DNA of 64,000 nucleotides from Desulfosudaceae bacterium. GTDB lineage: Bacteria > Desulfobacterota > Desulfobacteria > Desulfobacterales > Desulfosudaceae. Under the pieces are notes generated by a model. It saw only the letters and a list, made by a program, of their open reading frames with translations, ran no database searches and was not told the origin of the DNA. Below, one piece after another: positions 27,676-37,700 of the stretch. The position numbers and the translations under genes were made by a program. Each line of letters opens with the position of its first letter. Position 1 is the first letter of the stretch. Location of the stretch: NCBI GenBank assembly GCA_963674745.2, contig CAXXDV010000003.1, positions 32,001 through 96,000 on the forward strand. The letters are read 5' to 3'.

Positions 27676-28767
27676 TCATGGTTGGCAGGTCACATGACAG
27701 ACGCCGGTCGGTGTCTGTACGGCGTGAGGAAAATATTTTCGTTTAAAGAACAGCGCCACGTTGACCAAACCGATTAATACGGGGACTTCCACCAGCGGCC
27801 CGATGACCGCGGCAAAAGCCTGCCCCGAATCAAGACCGAAAACCGCCACGGCTACGGCAATGGCCAGCTCGAAGTTGTTTGAGGCGGCCGTAAACGACAG
27901 GGTGGTGGTCTGTTCATACGTTGCGCGGGCCTTTGTGGAAAGCCAGAAAGAAACAAAGAACATGATCACAAAATAAACGCACAGGGGAATGGCCACTCGG
28001 ACCACGTCAAGGGGCAGCTCGACGATATATTCGCCTTTTAAGGAAAACATGACCAGGATGGTGAACAGCAGGGCAATCAGCGTGATGGGGCTGATTTTAG
28101 GGATAAAGTTTTTTTCGTACCGCTCGGCGCCCACGGTTTTCAAGCCGATCAGGCGGGAAAGCACGCCCGCAATAAAAGGGATGCCCAGGTAGATAAACAC
28201 ACTTTGGGCGATCTGCCCCATGGAAATATCCACCGCCATGCCTTCCAGTCCCAGCCATGCCGGCAGGATAGTGATGAAAACATAGGCGTAAACCGGGAAA
28301 AAAAGAACCTGGAAGATGGAGTTGAAGGCCACCAGCCCGGCACAGTATTCGCGGTCGCCCGATGCCAGGTCGTTCCAGACGATGACCATGGCGATACAGC
28401 GGGCCAGGCCGATCAGGATCAGGCCGACCATATATTCCTGGTGACCGGATAAAAACGAGATGGCCAGCAGAAACATCAGGATCGGGCCGATGATCCAGTT
28501 CTGCACCAGGGAAAGGGCCAGGACTTTTACATCGCGAAACACAAATCCCAGCTTTTCGTATTTCACCTTGGCCAGGGGCGGATACATCATCAATATCAGG
28601 CCGATGGCGATGGGGATATTGGTGGTACCCACTGAAAAACGGTTGATGAAATTCTTTATTTCAGGGTACAGATAACCACCGCCCACGCCCACGGCCATGG
28701 CCAGAAATATCCACAGGGTCAAAAATCTGTCCAGAACACTTAATCTTTTTATGGCGGTATCGTTCAT
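27676..28767 (-). CDS. acr3: Acr3 family arsenite efflux transporter
   Basis: [24 protein letters not shown]. Confidence 0.95.
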   Translation of the reverse strand: MNDTAIKRLSVLDRFLTLWIFLAMAVGVGGGYLYPEIKNFINRFSVGTTNIPIAIGLILMMYPPLAKVKYEKLGFVFRDVKVLALSLVQNWIIGPILMFLLAISFLSGHQEYMVGLILIGLARCIAMVIVWNDLASGDREYCAGLVAFNSIFQVLFFPVYAYVFITILPAWLGLEGMAVDISMGQIAQSVFIYLGIPFIAGVLSRLIGLKTVGAERYEKNFIPKISPITLIALLFTILVMFSLKGEYIVELPLDVVRVAIPLCVYFVIMFFVSFWLSTKARATYEQTTTLSFTAASNNFELAIAVAVAVFGLDSGQAFAAVIGPLVEVPVLIGLVNVALFFKRKYFPHAVQTPTGVCHVTCQP

Positions 28768-28780
28768 ATTACCTCTTTCT

Positions 28781-29485
28781 TCAGGTTGTAAACAGGTTGA
28801 CGCCGAACAGATAGGTGATCATAAAATATATGCCGATGCCGATAAAAACAATTGCCGTCAAACGACGCAGATATCGCTCAACCAGTGTCAGCCCGTTGAT
28901 GAACCGGGACGCGAAACGTGCACCGAAGGCCATCAGCAAGGCAAACCCGATGACCGGCAGGGCCGTACCGATGCCGAACCATAAGGGCAGCCAGATACTG
29001 GACTTGAATTTTAAAGCCAGGGGAATGACACTTCCGAAAAACAGGGCGGCTGAAACCGGGCAGAACGAAAGCGCGAAAACAAACCCCAGAAAAACCGCAC
29101 CCGGTATGCCGCCCTTGCCCAATCGCTGAATGAAATTCGAATTCCCGTTACCGATTGCCGGCAGGCGCAGGGGAATGAGATCCAGGATAAGAATACCGGC
29201 CATAACCAGTACCGGACCCAGCAGTTTGTTCATGTACTGCTGCAGAAACATGGACACACCGGGTATGGAGAACAGTCCGGCCACAACCGCAAAACAGATC
29301 AGGATATAGGCCGCTGACCGGCCGGTGGTATAGGCGGTTCCGGCCACAAGGCTGCCGTAGCGGGTGTTGATCTGTTTGCCGATAAAGGTGGTGGCCGCGA
29401 TATTGGTGGCCAGGGGGCAGGGCGAAATCGATGTCAAAATGCCGAACCACAGGGCTGAGATCATGGGTAGAGCAGATATGTCCAT
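28781..29485 (-). CDS. arsG: ArsG-family aromatic organoarsenical efflux permease (CcdA/DsbD-like)
   Basis: [12 protein letters not shown] and LSFCP motifs; ars operon context. Confidence 0.75.
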   Translation of the reverse strand: MDISALPMISALWFGILTSISPCPLATNIAATTFIGKQINTRYGSLVAGTAYTTGRSAAYILICFAVVAGLFSIPGVSMFLQQYMNKLLGPVLVMAGILILDLIPLRLPAIGNGNSNFIQRLGKGGIPGAVFLGFVFALSFCPVSAALFFGSVIPLALKFKSSIWLPLWFGIGTALPVIGFALLMAFGARFASRFINGLTLVERYLRRLTAIVFIGIGIYFMITYLFGVNLFTT

Positions 29486-29940
29486 CAATTATTCTCCATG
29501 AATTTTCGGGTTTTTCCGGCCACATAATCGATAAATTGATTCTGGTCGTGGGCGAGCTTCCAGATGTCCGGGAGGTTCATCCAGCGGACCAGTTTGCCGT
29601 CTTTATATTCGGTGACAATCACGGACTTGGTGTAAAGCTGGAAATCTTTTACAAAGTGTTTATTCTCCGGTTCGTCGATGTCCAATGCCTGCCATTTCAG
29701 GCGGCCGGCTTCTACATGTTCTCTTAAATCATCCTTTACGGCCATCGCCGACCATTCTTCGATTCTCAAACAGGTGCTGCACCGCTTGCCCATGAAAAAA
29801 TAATAAACGATGTATTCAGCAGAAATTTCTGCTATTGGGGCGTCCGTTTGGCTGCAACGTCCTGCCGAAGACCAGGCAAGCGACAGGAACGTGATGGCGA
29901 GGGATACAACAATCAATCTGAGTAAGCGGCATTTTTTCAT
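29485..29940 (-). CDS. arsF: ArsF-family periplasmic CxxC protein
   Basis: Signal peptide; VYYF-x3-RCSTC-x2-IE; context. Confidence 0.72.
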   Translation of the reverse strand: MKKCRLLRLIVVSLAITFLSLAWSSAGRCSQTDAPIAEISAEYIVYYFFMGKRCSTCLRIEEWSAMAVKDDLREHVEAGRLKWQALDIDEPENKHFVKDFQLYTKSVIVTEYKDGKLVRWMNLPDIWKLAHDQNQFIDYVAGKTRKFMENN

Positions 29941-30185
29941 TTGGTCTCCTTTTCCCTGATCCAGGATATGACCTCCTCTTTTTTGGGGCTTTTGCCCGCG
30001 CATTTCACATCACCGTCAAGGATGACCGCCGGTGTGGCGAACACGCCGTAGCCCGCGATTTTCATCAGATCGTGAACCATTTCAACCTCTGCAGGCACAT
30101 CCGCTTCTTCCACGGCTGCTCGGACGATTTTTTCCGCCTGTCGGCATTTGGCACAGCCGGGGCCCAGTACTTTGATTTCAATCAT
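29937..30185 (-). CDS. arsE: Small thioredoxin-like protein (MTH895/ArsE family)
   Basis: IKVLGPGCAKC...YGV..TPA. Confidence 0.78.
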   Translation of the reverse strand: MIEIKVLGPGCAKCRQAEKIVRAAVEEADVPAEVEMVHDLMKIAGYGVFATPAVILDGDVKCAGKSPKKEEVISWIREKETK

Positions 30186-31039
30186 GATTTTTCCTGTTTA
30201 ACGGCTGTGATATCCAGGCTGGTGATGTAGTCACCCGGTCCGGCATTTGCCGGAAGGCCGTTGGTGATCTCCTGATAAAAGGGTTCAGCCCATTTGGTCA
30301 TCTGGTTGATATAGTCGGATTTCATTTTGAGATCGGTCTCAACCAGTCCGACCGATCGGATCATTTCCCGGGTTTCCGCCACCGGTACGGCGCCGGCGAT
30401 GCAGCTGACCAGTGCCTGTACGGAATTTTTGACCGCTTCGGGCAGGGGCTTTAAAAGCGCCAGGTCGGAAACCGATACCCGGCCGCCGGGCATTAACACC
30501 CGGGCGATCTCTTTCCATACCTGGTTTTTATCCGGCGAAAGATTGATGACACAGTTGGAAATGATGACATCCACGCTGGCATCGGCCACCGGCAGGTGCT
30601 CGATTTCTCCCAGGCGGAATTCAACATTGTCAAGGCCGCTTGATTCAAGGAAGACTTTTGCGTTTTGTCTGACTTTGTCGATCATGTCCGGTGTCATGTC
30701 GACACCGATGACACGACCTGTGGGGCCGACTTTACGGGCCGCCATAAAAGCGTCAAAACCGCCACCCGCGCCGAGGTCAAGCACCGTTTCTCCGGGCTTC
30801 AGTGATGCCATGGCGGTCGGATTCCCGCATGACAGCCCCATGTTGGCGCCGTCAGGGAGGGCGGCCAGATCATCGTCGCTATATCCCACAATCTCGGCAA
30901 CCGAACCGGCGATCGTCATTCCGTTGTTCAAGTCCGGTCCGCAGCATAGTGCTCCCTGACGTGCAATCTTACCGTATTCTTCACGGACGGTTCCGCGGAC
31001 ATCCATATTTTCTTCATGGTTTGAATTATGATGCATCAT
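30182..31039 (-). CDS. arsM: Arsenite S-adenosylmethyltransferase
   Basis: GLSCGNP, VLDLGAGGGFD, ISNCVINL, SCIAGA. Confidence 0.93.
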   Translation of the reverse strand: MMHHNSNHEENMDVRGTVREEYGKIARQGALCCGPDLNNGMTIAGSVAEIVGYSDDDLAALPDGANMGLSCGNPTAMASLKPGETVLDLGAGGGFDAFMAARKVGPTGRVIGVDMTPDMIDKVRQNAKVFLESSGLDNVEFRLGEIEHLPVADASVDVIISNCVINLSPDKNQVWKEIARVLMPGGRVSVSDLALLKPLPEAVKNSVQALVSCIAGAVPVAETREMIRSVGLVETDLKMKSDYINQMTKWAEPFYQEITNGLPANAGPGDYITSLDITAVKQEKS

Positions 31040-31048
31040 TGGTTTCCT

Positions 31049-31423
31049 TTACCGTTGGCATTTTCCTGTTATTCTCCTGCATATATCCTCCGGATCGCAT
31101 GACAAGATTTCCCGTAATTTTGTTTTATCCTGCAAGGCCGTCGGCGAGGCACCGGCGGTTTCAAATGCCCATTGAAGGGCTGTTCTGACTGCTTCCGGCG
31201 CATTTTCTCCGGCCACACGATAATAAGCCCAGCGTCCTTCTTTGCGCATATCGACCAGGCCGGCATGTTTTAAAATGGACATATGCTTTGATACGGTCGA
31301 CGGCGCCAGTCCGAGCAGTTCAATGAGTTGACAGACACACAGCTCTCCTTTTTCAAGTGACAATAAAAGGCGAACGCGGCTTTCATCGGCAAGTGCCTTT
31401 GTGATGGTAATGAATTCTTTCAT
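31049..31423 (-). CDS. arsR: ArsR/SmtB family repressor
   Basis: KALADESR...ELCVC...VSKH. Confidence 0.92.
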   Translation of the reverse strand: MKEFITITKALADESRVRLLLSLEKGELCVCQLIELLGLAPSTVSKHMSILKHAGLVDMRKEGRWAYYRVAGENAPEAVRTALQWAFETAGASPTALQDKTKLREILSCDPEDICRRITGKCQR

Positions 31424-31695
31424 GCCAATCCCCATTTCGTTATATGGCGAATTATAGAAATGAAATCTGTTCCTGTCAAGCCTGTTTTACACCAAAACAG
31501 AAAATTTTATTTCAACCCGTTGCCTTGCAAAGGCCGGGTCGAACTGATATCACCCCATGAAACGCCTGATGATCTTAAAACAGAGGTGTTTCACATGACA
31601 CCGGACAAATTGATATATAAATGCGGCTTTGCTATGGGCAAAGGCCTTAACCTTCAACAGAACAATCAATTTCAGCTTTTCTGGATCACACGGTC

Positions 31696-32763
31696 ATGAA
31701 GAACCCGACTGATATACGTTTTCACCGCTACGGCATCTGGAACAGGAACCTTTATCTCTGGTGGGATTACTATAACGACCTTTATCTTAAAGGCGGTCTG
31801 AAGCGGCCGGTGATCCGGCTGTCTTCGTTTAAAGGCGCTTTGGGAAAATGGGAGGCGGCCACAAGGGCCATTACATTGTCCATCGCTCACATCGAGACGG
31901 ATGACTGGCTCTGCGTTATGGAAACCCTGCGGCATGAGATGGCCCACCAGTACGTGGACGAAGTCCTTCGTCCGGTGAATGAAACCGCTCATGGACGGGC
32001 GTTTCAAGAGGCCTGTCAAAGACTGCGATGCGGTAATGGCCGGTCCGGCCAGGATGCCCCGCCGGAAGAGGACCGCGCCCTGCGACTTCTGAAGAAGGTC
32101 CTTTGCCTGGCGGCCAGTCCGAATGAGAACGAAGCCCAGTCGGCGGTTCAGAAAGCCCATGAACTCATGCTCAAGTATAATCTTGACCGGGTGGCCCTGG
32201 ATCGTGACCGTGACTTTTCCTGCCTGACACTGGGCGCCATAAAGGCCCGGCACACGGCTGCGGAGTTGAGAATGGCCTCTCTGCTGGGGCGGTTTTTTTT
32301 CGTGGAAGTATTGTGGCAGTACTCATATGATGCCGGGCGTGACAAAACAGGTACGATCCTGACTGTTTACGGGACACCTCACAATCTTGAGATGGCGCAT
32401 TATGTGTATGATTACCTGTGGACGGTGATGGGTTCCCTGTGGAAAGAGTACAAAAAAGCCCGGAAGATTTCAGGCAACCGTCAGCGGCAAAAATACTTTG
32501 CCGGTGTGCTTGACGGTTTTTACAAAAAACTGGAGTGGCAGGAACGCGTGATTCGGACGACGCAGGCCCTGGTGTGGAAGGGCGACCCCCGCCTGACGAC
32601 ATACTTCAGGTATCTGAACCCCAGGATCCGCACCAGTTACGGTGGGCGTCTGAATGCTACGGCCGCTTACCAGGCCGGGGTCAGCGATGGGCGAAACGTG
32701 ACCCTCCACAGGCCGGTCGAGGAGAAACAGTCTTTTCAGGGTAGATACCTTACGCGTGACTGA
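31696..32763 (+). CDS. SprT-like metalloprotease domain plus DUF2786-like domain protein
   Basis: HEMAH (HExxH); LAASPNENEA..A..KA.ELM.KYN. Confidence 0.8.
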   Translation: MKNPTDIRFHRYGIWNRNLYLWWDYYNDLYLKGGLKRPVIRLSSFKGALGKWEAATRAITLSIAHIETDDWLCVMETLRHEMAHQYVDEVLRPVNETAHGRAFQEACQRLRCGNGRSGQDAPPEEDRALRLLKKVLCLAASPNENEAQSAVQKAHELMLKYNLDRVALDRDRDFSCLTLGAIKARHTAAELRMASLLGRFFFVEVLWQYSYDAGRDKTGTILTVYGTPHNLEMAHYVYDYLWTVMGSLWKEYKKARKISGNRQRQKYFAGVLDGFYKKLEWQERVIRTTQALVWKGDPRLTTYFRYLNPRIRTSYGGRLNATAAYQAGVSDGRNVTLHRPVEEKQSFQGRYLTRD

Positions 32764-32927
32764 TGTCTTGTGCACGGCCGTATGGACACAGAAAAAAGGT
32801 TTAATTTCCGGAAGATTAATATATATAGGGAAATAGCAGGCTGGTCGATTTAAACGCGATGGCAGCGAAATTATAAATATCGGTTGTCATTGTAAATGTT
32901 CATTTTTTTCATCCCCCATATCAAGAG

Positions 32928-33746
32928 GTGAAAGTCATGGAAATTTTTATCGCTAAGGTTCAGGAGCTGGCCCCTTTGTACGGTATGAAATTCCTTGCGG
33001 CGTTGATTATCTTTATCGTCGGGAATTACGTGGCCAAGGGGACACGCTATTTTCTGCGGCGGATGCTCGAGAAGGGAAAGGTCGAGCAGACACTGATCGC
33101 TTTTACGGTTAATGTTACTTATGTGGCTGTAATGGCTTTTGTCGTCATTGCCGCCCTCAGCAAGCTGGGCATTCAAACCGCGTCGTTTATTGCGGTTCTG
33201 GGTGCCGCCGGCCTGGCGGTCGGACTGGCGCTTCAGGGATCCCTGTCCAATTTTGCCGCCGGGGTGCTGATGATTATCTTCAAACCCTTTAAAGTAGGCG
33301 ATTTGATTGAAGCCGGCGGGGAGTCGGGGGTGGTGGAAGAAATCGGCATTTTTGTCACCGAAATCCGTTCACCGGACAATAAAAAAATAATCATTCCCAA
33401 CGCCCAGGTCACCGGCGGCAGTATAATCAACCACACCGCCAAGGATACCCGCCGGGTGGATATGGTGGCCGGGGTAAGTTATAACGACGATCTGGACAAG
33501 GTCCGCGGTGTGCTGGAATCCATTCTGGCTGAAGATGAGCGGATTTTAAAAGACCCGGCGCCGATGATCGTCTTGCTGGAAATGGCCGACAGCAGTGTCA
33601 ATTTCGGTGTCCGGCCCTGGGTGAAGACAAAAGATTACTGGAACGTTTATTTCGATACCCAGGAAAAAATCAAGAAACGTTTTGACAAAGAAGGCATCAG
33701 CATACCTTTTCCGCAGCAGGATGTGCATTTGCACAAGGTCGGGTAA
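32928..33746 (+). CDS. mscS: Small-conductance mechanosensitive channel
   Basis: LGAAGLAVGLALQGSLSNFAAG; IPFPQ. Confidence 0.95.
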   Translation: MKVMEIFIAKVQELAPLYGMKFLAALIIFIVGNYVAKGTRYFLRRMLEKGKVEQTLIAFTVNVTYVAVMAFVVIAALSKLGIQTASFIAVLGAAGLAVGLALQGSLSNFAAGVLMIIFKPFKVGDLIEAGGESGVVEEIGIFVTEIRSPDNKKIIIPNAQVTGGSIINHTAKDTRRVDMVAGVSYNDDLDKVRGVLESILAEDERILKDPAPMIVLLEMADSSVNFGVRPWVKTKDYWNVYFDTQEKIKKRFDKEGISIPFPQQDVHLHKVG

Positions 33747-33809
33747 ACCGGACCGGGTAGCCTGATTCAATAAAAAGCGTTATTTATTTTATGAATGGAG
33801 GAATAAACG

Positions 33810-34328
33810 ATGAGAACAAAAGTGATCGTAATGTCGATGGTGATGATAGCGGCTATGGGCACAATGATGCTGTTTGCCGGTACCGTTTGTGCGGAGACAT
33901 CTGAGATGGGTTTAACAGGCGCCATGGGACTGGTCAAAACACTGACCGGTCAGCTCGATGTCACGGAAAAGCAGGCCACCGGTGGCGCGGGTGCGCTTTT
34001 TAACATGGCCAGAGGGCTTCTTCCCGAAACCGAATACGGCCAGGTCGCCGGTGCGATCCCGGGAATCGGTGATCTGATAAAAGCGGCACCAGATATCTCC
34101 AAGGCCTCGGCCCAGGCGTCCGATAAAATTTCCGGGCTGACCCGGGGGTTGGGCGCCGTCACCAGTGCCGTTGACAACGCCCAGAAATATACCGCAGTCT
34201 ATGAACAATTCAAGGCCCTGGGCCTTGATACAGAGATGGTTTCAAAGTTCGTCCCGGTTATTCTTTCGTTTGTCCAGTCAACAGGCGGAGAGGCCGTGGT
34301 GAATATTCTCAAATCCGTCTGGGAATAA
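33810..34328 (+). CDS. DUF2780-like exported protein
   Basis: Signal peptide; QATGGAGALF, F..LGL...MV..F.PVI. Confidence 0.75.
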   Translation: MRTKVIVMSMVMIAAMGTMMLFAGTVCAETSEMGLTGAMGLVKTLTGQLDVTEKQATGGAGALFNMARGLLPETEYGQVAGAIPGIGDLIKAAPDISKASAQASDKISGLTRGLGAVTSAVDNAQKYTAVYEQFKALGLDTEMVSKFVPVILSFVQSTGGEAVVNILKSVWE

Positions 34329-34573
34329 CGGTCGATGTAAAATCCTGTGAACTGGGATTTGTAAAAACGGATGTCCCGAAGACGGCATAAAAATCAGTGT
34401 ACAACAAGATGTTAAGCTGAAAAGTCCTATTTTGTGTAGATTTACGGTGGTTCGCCCGTGTCGATCAGCTGCTGGTTGGGATTTCCCAAAGTTAATAAAA
34501 ACAAAATGAAAACGATAGAAATGATTGACATCGGATGAAAAATATGCTTAAATAATAGTAAATAAATCAGAAA

Positions 34574-34658
34574 TTCATGCCAAGGCCAAACTCCGGGTGA
34601 CCTGAGGACGGAAAGCTGCGGGTCTTTCAAAAAGAAAGACAGCCGGGCTGCCATGATT
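34574..34658 (+). ncRNA. Cyclic di-GMP-I (GEMM) riboswitch
   Basis: GGCCAAACTC...GAGGACGGAAAGCTGCGGGTCT...AGACAGCCGGGCTGCC, with TCATG/CATGA as P1. Confidence 0.9.
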
Positions 34659-34671
34659 TAAGGAAGTTTTC

Positions 34672-34709
34672 AGCCGGATTATCTTTGGCAAAGATGACCC
34701 GGCTTTTTT
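34672..34709 (+). terminator. Intrinsic terminator (riboswitch expression platform)
   Basis: AGCCGG..ATCTTT/AAAGAT..CCGGCT plus T-run. Confidence 0.8.
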
Positions 34710-34736
34710 AATTGCCTGCATGGGAGAGGGGGGGCC

Positions 34737-37700
34737 ATGAAACCAAAAAAAACAACTGAGCGAGTGGCGTGTATTGCTTTAGCACTGCTTTTTGTTTGCA
34801 TCCCGGCTTTTGCCACTGTTCATGAAGATTCATCCGGCAATGTCTCTCCGGCCAGGGGAAATGACCTGCTGCAGTTTACGGCTGGAGGTCATGTCCTTGG
34901 CTTTGAGAAAACCGGGGTCTATACGGCCACCGGAACGCATGTGCTGCGGATCAGATTTGGCGGTACGAAAGGTGTTATGCCAGAGGCAGCTGACATCAAC
35001 GGAGAAAAGGGCAATGCAGCGCCCCTCCGGGAAGTTCGGTATCCTGAACTGTGGACGGGAATCACGTTGACATACACCCCTGCCGAGGACAGTATTTTCG
35101 AGAGTATTTATTATGTAGCGCCTCACGGAGATGTGAGTGCTATTCGCCTGATATACAATGTGCCGGTTGAAACAGGGGAAAACGGCGCCTTAACGATGAA
35201 ATTCCAAACCGGGATCATGACCGAATCCGCACCGATTGCCTGGCAGGAGATCGATGGGCAAAAGGTGCCGGTGAAAGTGGCGTTCCGCAAAACAGGTAAG
35301 CATGAAGCCGGTTTTAAGGCAGGTGCGTACAATCCGGACTACCCTTTGATTATCGACCCGGAACTGGCCTGGAACACATTTCATGGGGCGCTTTTCGAAG
35401 ATTATGCCCGTGATATAGCAGTCGACAATGCGGGAAACGTTTATGTGGCCGGTAGGAGCACATATTCGTGGGGTACACCGGTCAGGGCCAAGTCTGACCA
35501 GTATGACGGGTTTGCCGCTAAATTTGACAGCAGCGGCAACCTGGTTTGGAATACTTTTCTGGGGACCATATCCAATGACGCGGCCAGCCACATATTGCTG
35601 GATGATTCAGGAAATATCTATGTATTCGGTTCAAGTGTCTGGTCGTGGGGTACGCCGCTTGCCGAACCGGGAGATGGTAGTGGCGGTGCCTTTCTCGTTA
35701 AACTGGACAATGACGGTAATTTGATCTGGAATACCTTCCTGGTTTGGGGTTCGTTTACTTCCGTCGTAATGGACGGGGCAGGGAATTTTTACGGGACCGG
35801 CTATTCCACTTCGACCTGGGGAACGCCGATCAGCCCCAAAGTGGGAGATGAACACACTTTTAATGCCGTTGTTGCCAAAATGAACAACACCGGATCCGTG
35901 ATTTGGAACACCTTTCTGGGAGGTTCCCTTGTGGGCGCAGAGGGCCATAGCATTGAACTGGACGCTTCCGGAAATATCTATCTGGCCGGCAGAGCCGGAG
36001 AGAACTGGGGAACGCCGATTGTTTCCCATACCGGGCATCCGGGCAACGTTTATTACGCCGATATCTGGGTCGCCAAAATGGACAACAATGGCCAGGTATT
36101 GTGGAACACCTTTATGGGCGCGCTGGGCACTAACGAATGGATTGATTCCCTGTGGTCCCGGGCATTGGCACTTGACGGATCAGGAAACATTTATGTGACT
36201 GCTTACAGTGAAGCCGCCTGGGGGACGCCGCTCAACGCCTTTGCCGGTGGAATTACGGATGCTTTTGTCGCCAGGCTGGACAACAACGGCAACCGGATCT
36301 GGCACACGTTTATGGGGTGTACAGATCAGGATGTGACCAGTGGTATCGCAGTGGATGAATGGGGCGATATATATGTCTGTGGCGAAAGCCTGGCCACCTG
36401 GGGCACACCGATTAATGCTTTTGTCGAAGGCGATGCCGGGCTTACGTATGCGTTTGACGCTTTTGTTGCCAAGCTGAACAGCAGCGGCATTTTGCAATGG
36501 AATACCTTCATGGGGTCATCAAATCGCGACTATAGTGATCATTTGGCGCTGTTTGGATCCGGAAGTGTATATGTAACCGGTCATAGCTATGCCACCTGGG
36601 GGACCCCGGTCAACCCCATTTTTGATAACCCTGATTATTGTGATTTTTTTGTTGCCCGACTGTCCGGCATTGATTTCGGTGATGCCCCGGATACGTATCC
36701 GACCACCCTGGCCGATAACGGCGCCCGCCACGCGATCCAGGACGGTTATTACCTGGGCAACGGTGTGGACGAGGAAGCCGACGGCCAGCCGAACGCGATC
36801 GCCACGGGTGATGATGCTGACGGCGGTGCTGATGAAGACGGGGTCGTTTTTGACAGCCTGCTTCTCGCCGGTCAGAACACGGACCTGACAGTTACGGCCT
36901 CGGACGCCGGGTTTCTGGACGCCTGGATTGATTTCAACAGTGATGGCGACTGGGACGACGCCGGCGAACAGGTATTTACCAGCCAGGCGCTGGCGGCAGG
37001 CGCTAACAGTTTAAGCGTTGCCGTACCGGCCGGTGCGGATACCACTGCCCCGACCTTTGCCCGTTTCCGGTTCGGCTCCGCGGGAGGGCTCTCCTGTGAC
37101 GGTGTGGCCGGTGACGGCGAGGTCGAAGATTATGAGGTGCTCATCCTGGCTGATGCCGATGGTGACGGAGAGCCGGACATAACCGACGGTTGCCCAAACA
37201 ATCCTGCCAAGACAGATCCCGGCGTCTGCGGGTGCGGTATAGCGGACACGGATAGCGACGCGGATGGATCGCCGGACTGTAATGATGGCTGTCCCAATGA
37301 TCCGAACAAGATGTCCTCAGGTGTCTGCGGTTGTGGCATCCCGGATGTGGATGCCAATGCTAACGGCATCATCGACTGCCTGGAAACGCCTGTAGAAATT
37401 TGCGACGGTATTGATAATGACAATGACGGTTTAATAGACGAAGGCTGTTCGATCTGGTATCAGGATAGCGACGGAGACACCTACGGTGATCCGGCCGTGT
37501 CCGTCGTTGACACGGTTCAGCCGGCCGGCTACGTGGTCGACAACACCGATTGTGATGACACCGATGCCGGTATCAATCCCGGCGCCGCAGAGATCTGCGG
37601 CAACGGTATTGACGAGGACTGCTCGGGTGCCGACCTACCCTGTTGCGGCAACGACCTGCCGCCGGTCGCCGATGCCGGTGAGGACCGGCTCGTTCAAGAG

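Noticed and set aside
29937..31039. Selenocysteine in ArsM or the thioredoxin-like protein
   Set aside because: All expected positions are ordinary Cys codons and the ORFs are full length.
34574..34658. c-AMP-GMP (GEMM-Ib) riboswitch variant
   Set aside because: The specificity position is G, not A; binding data would be needed to exclude promiscuity.
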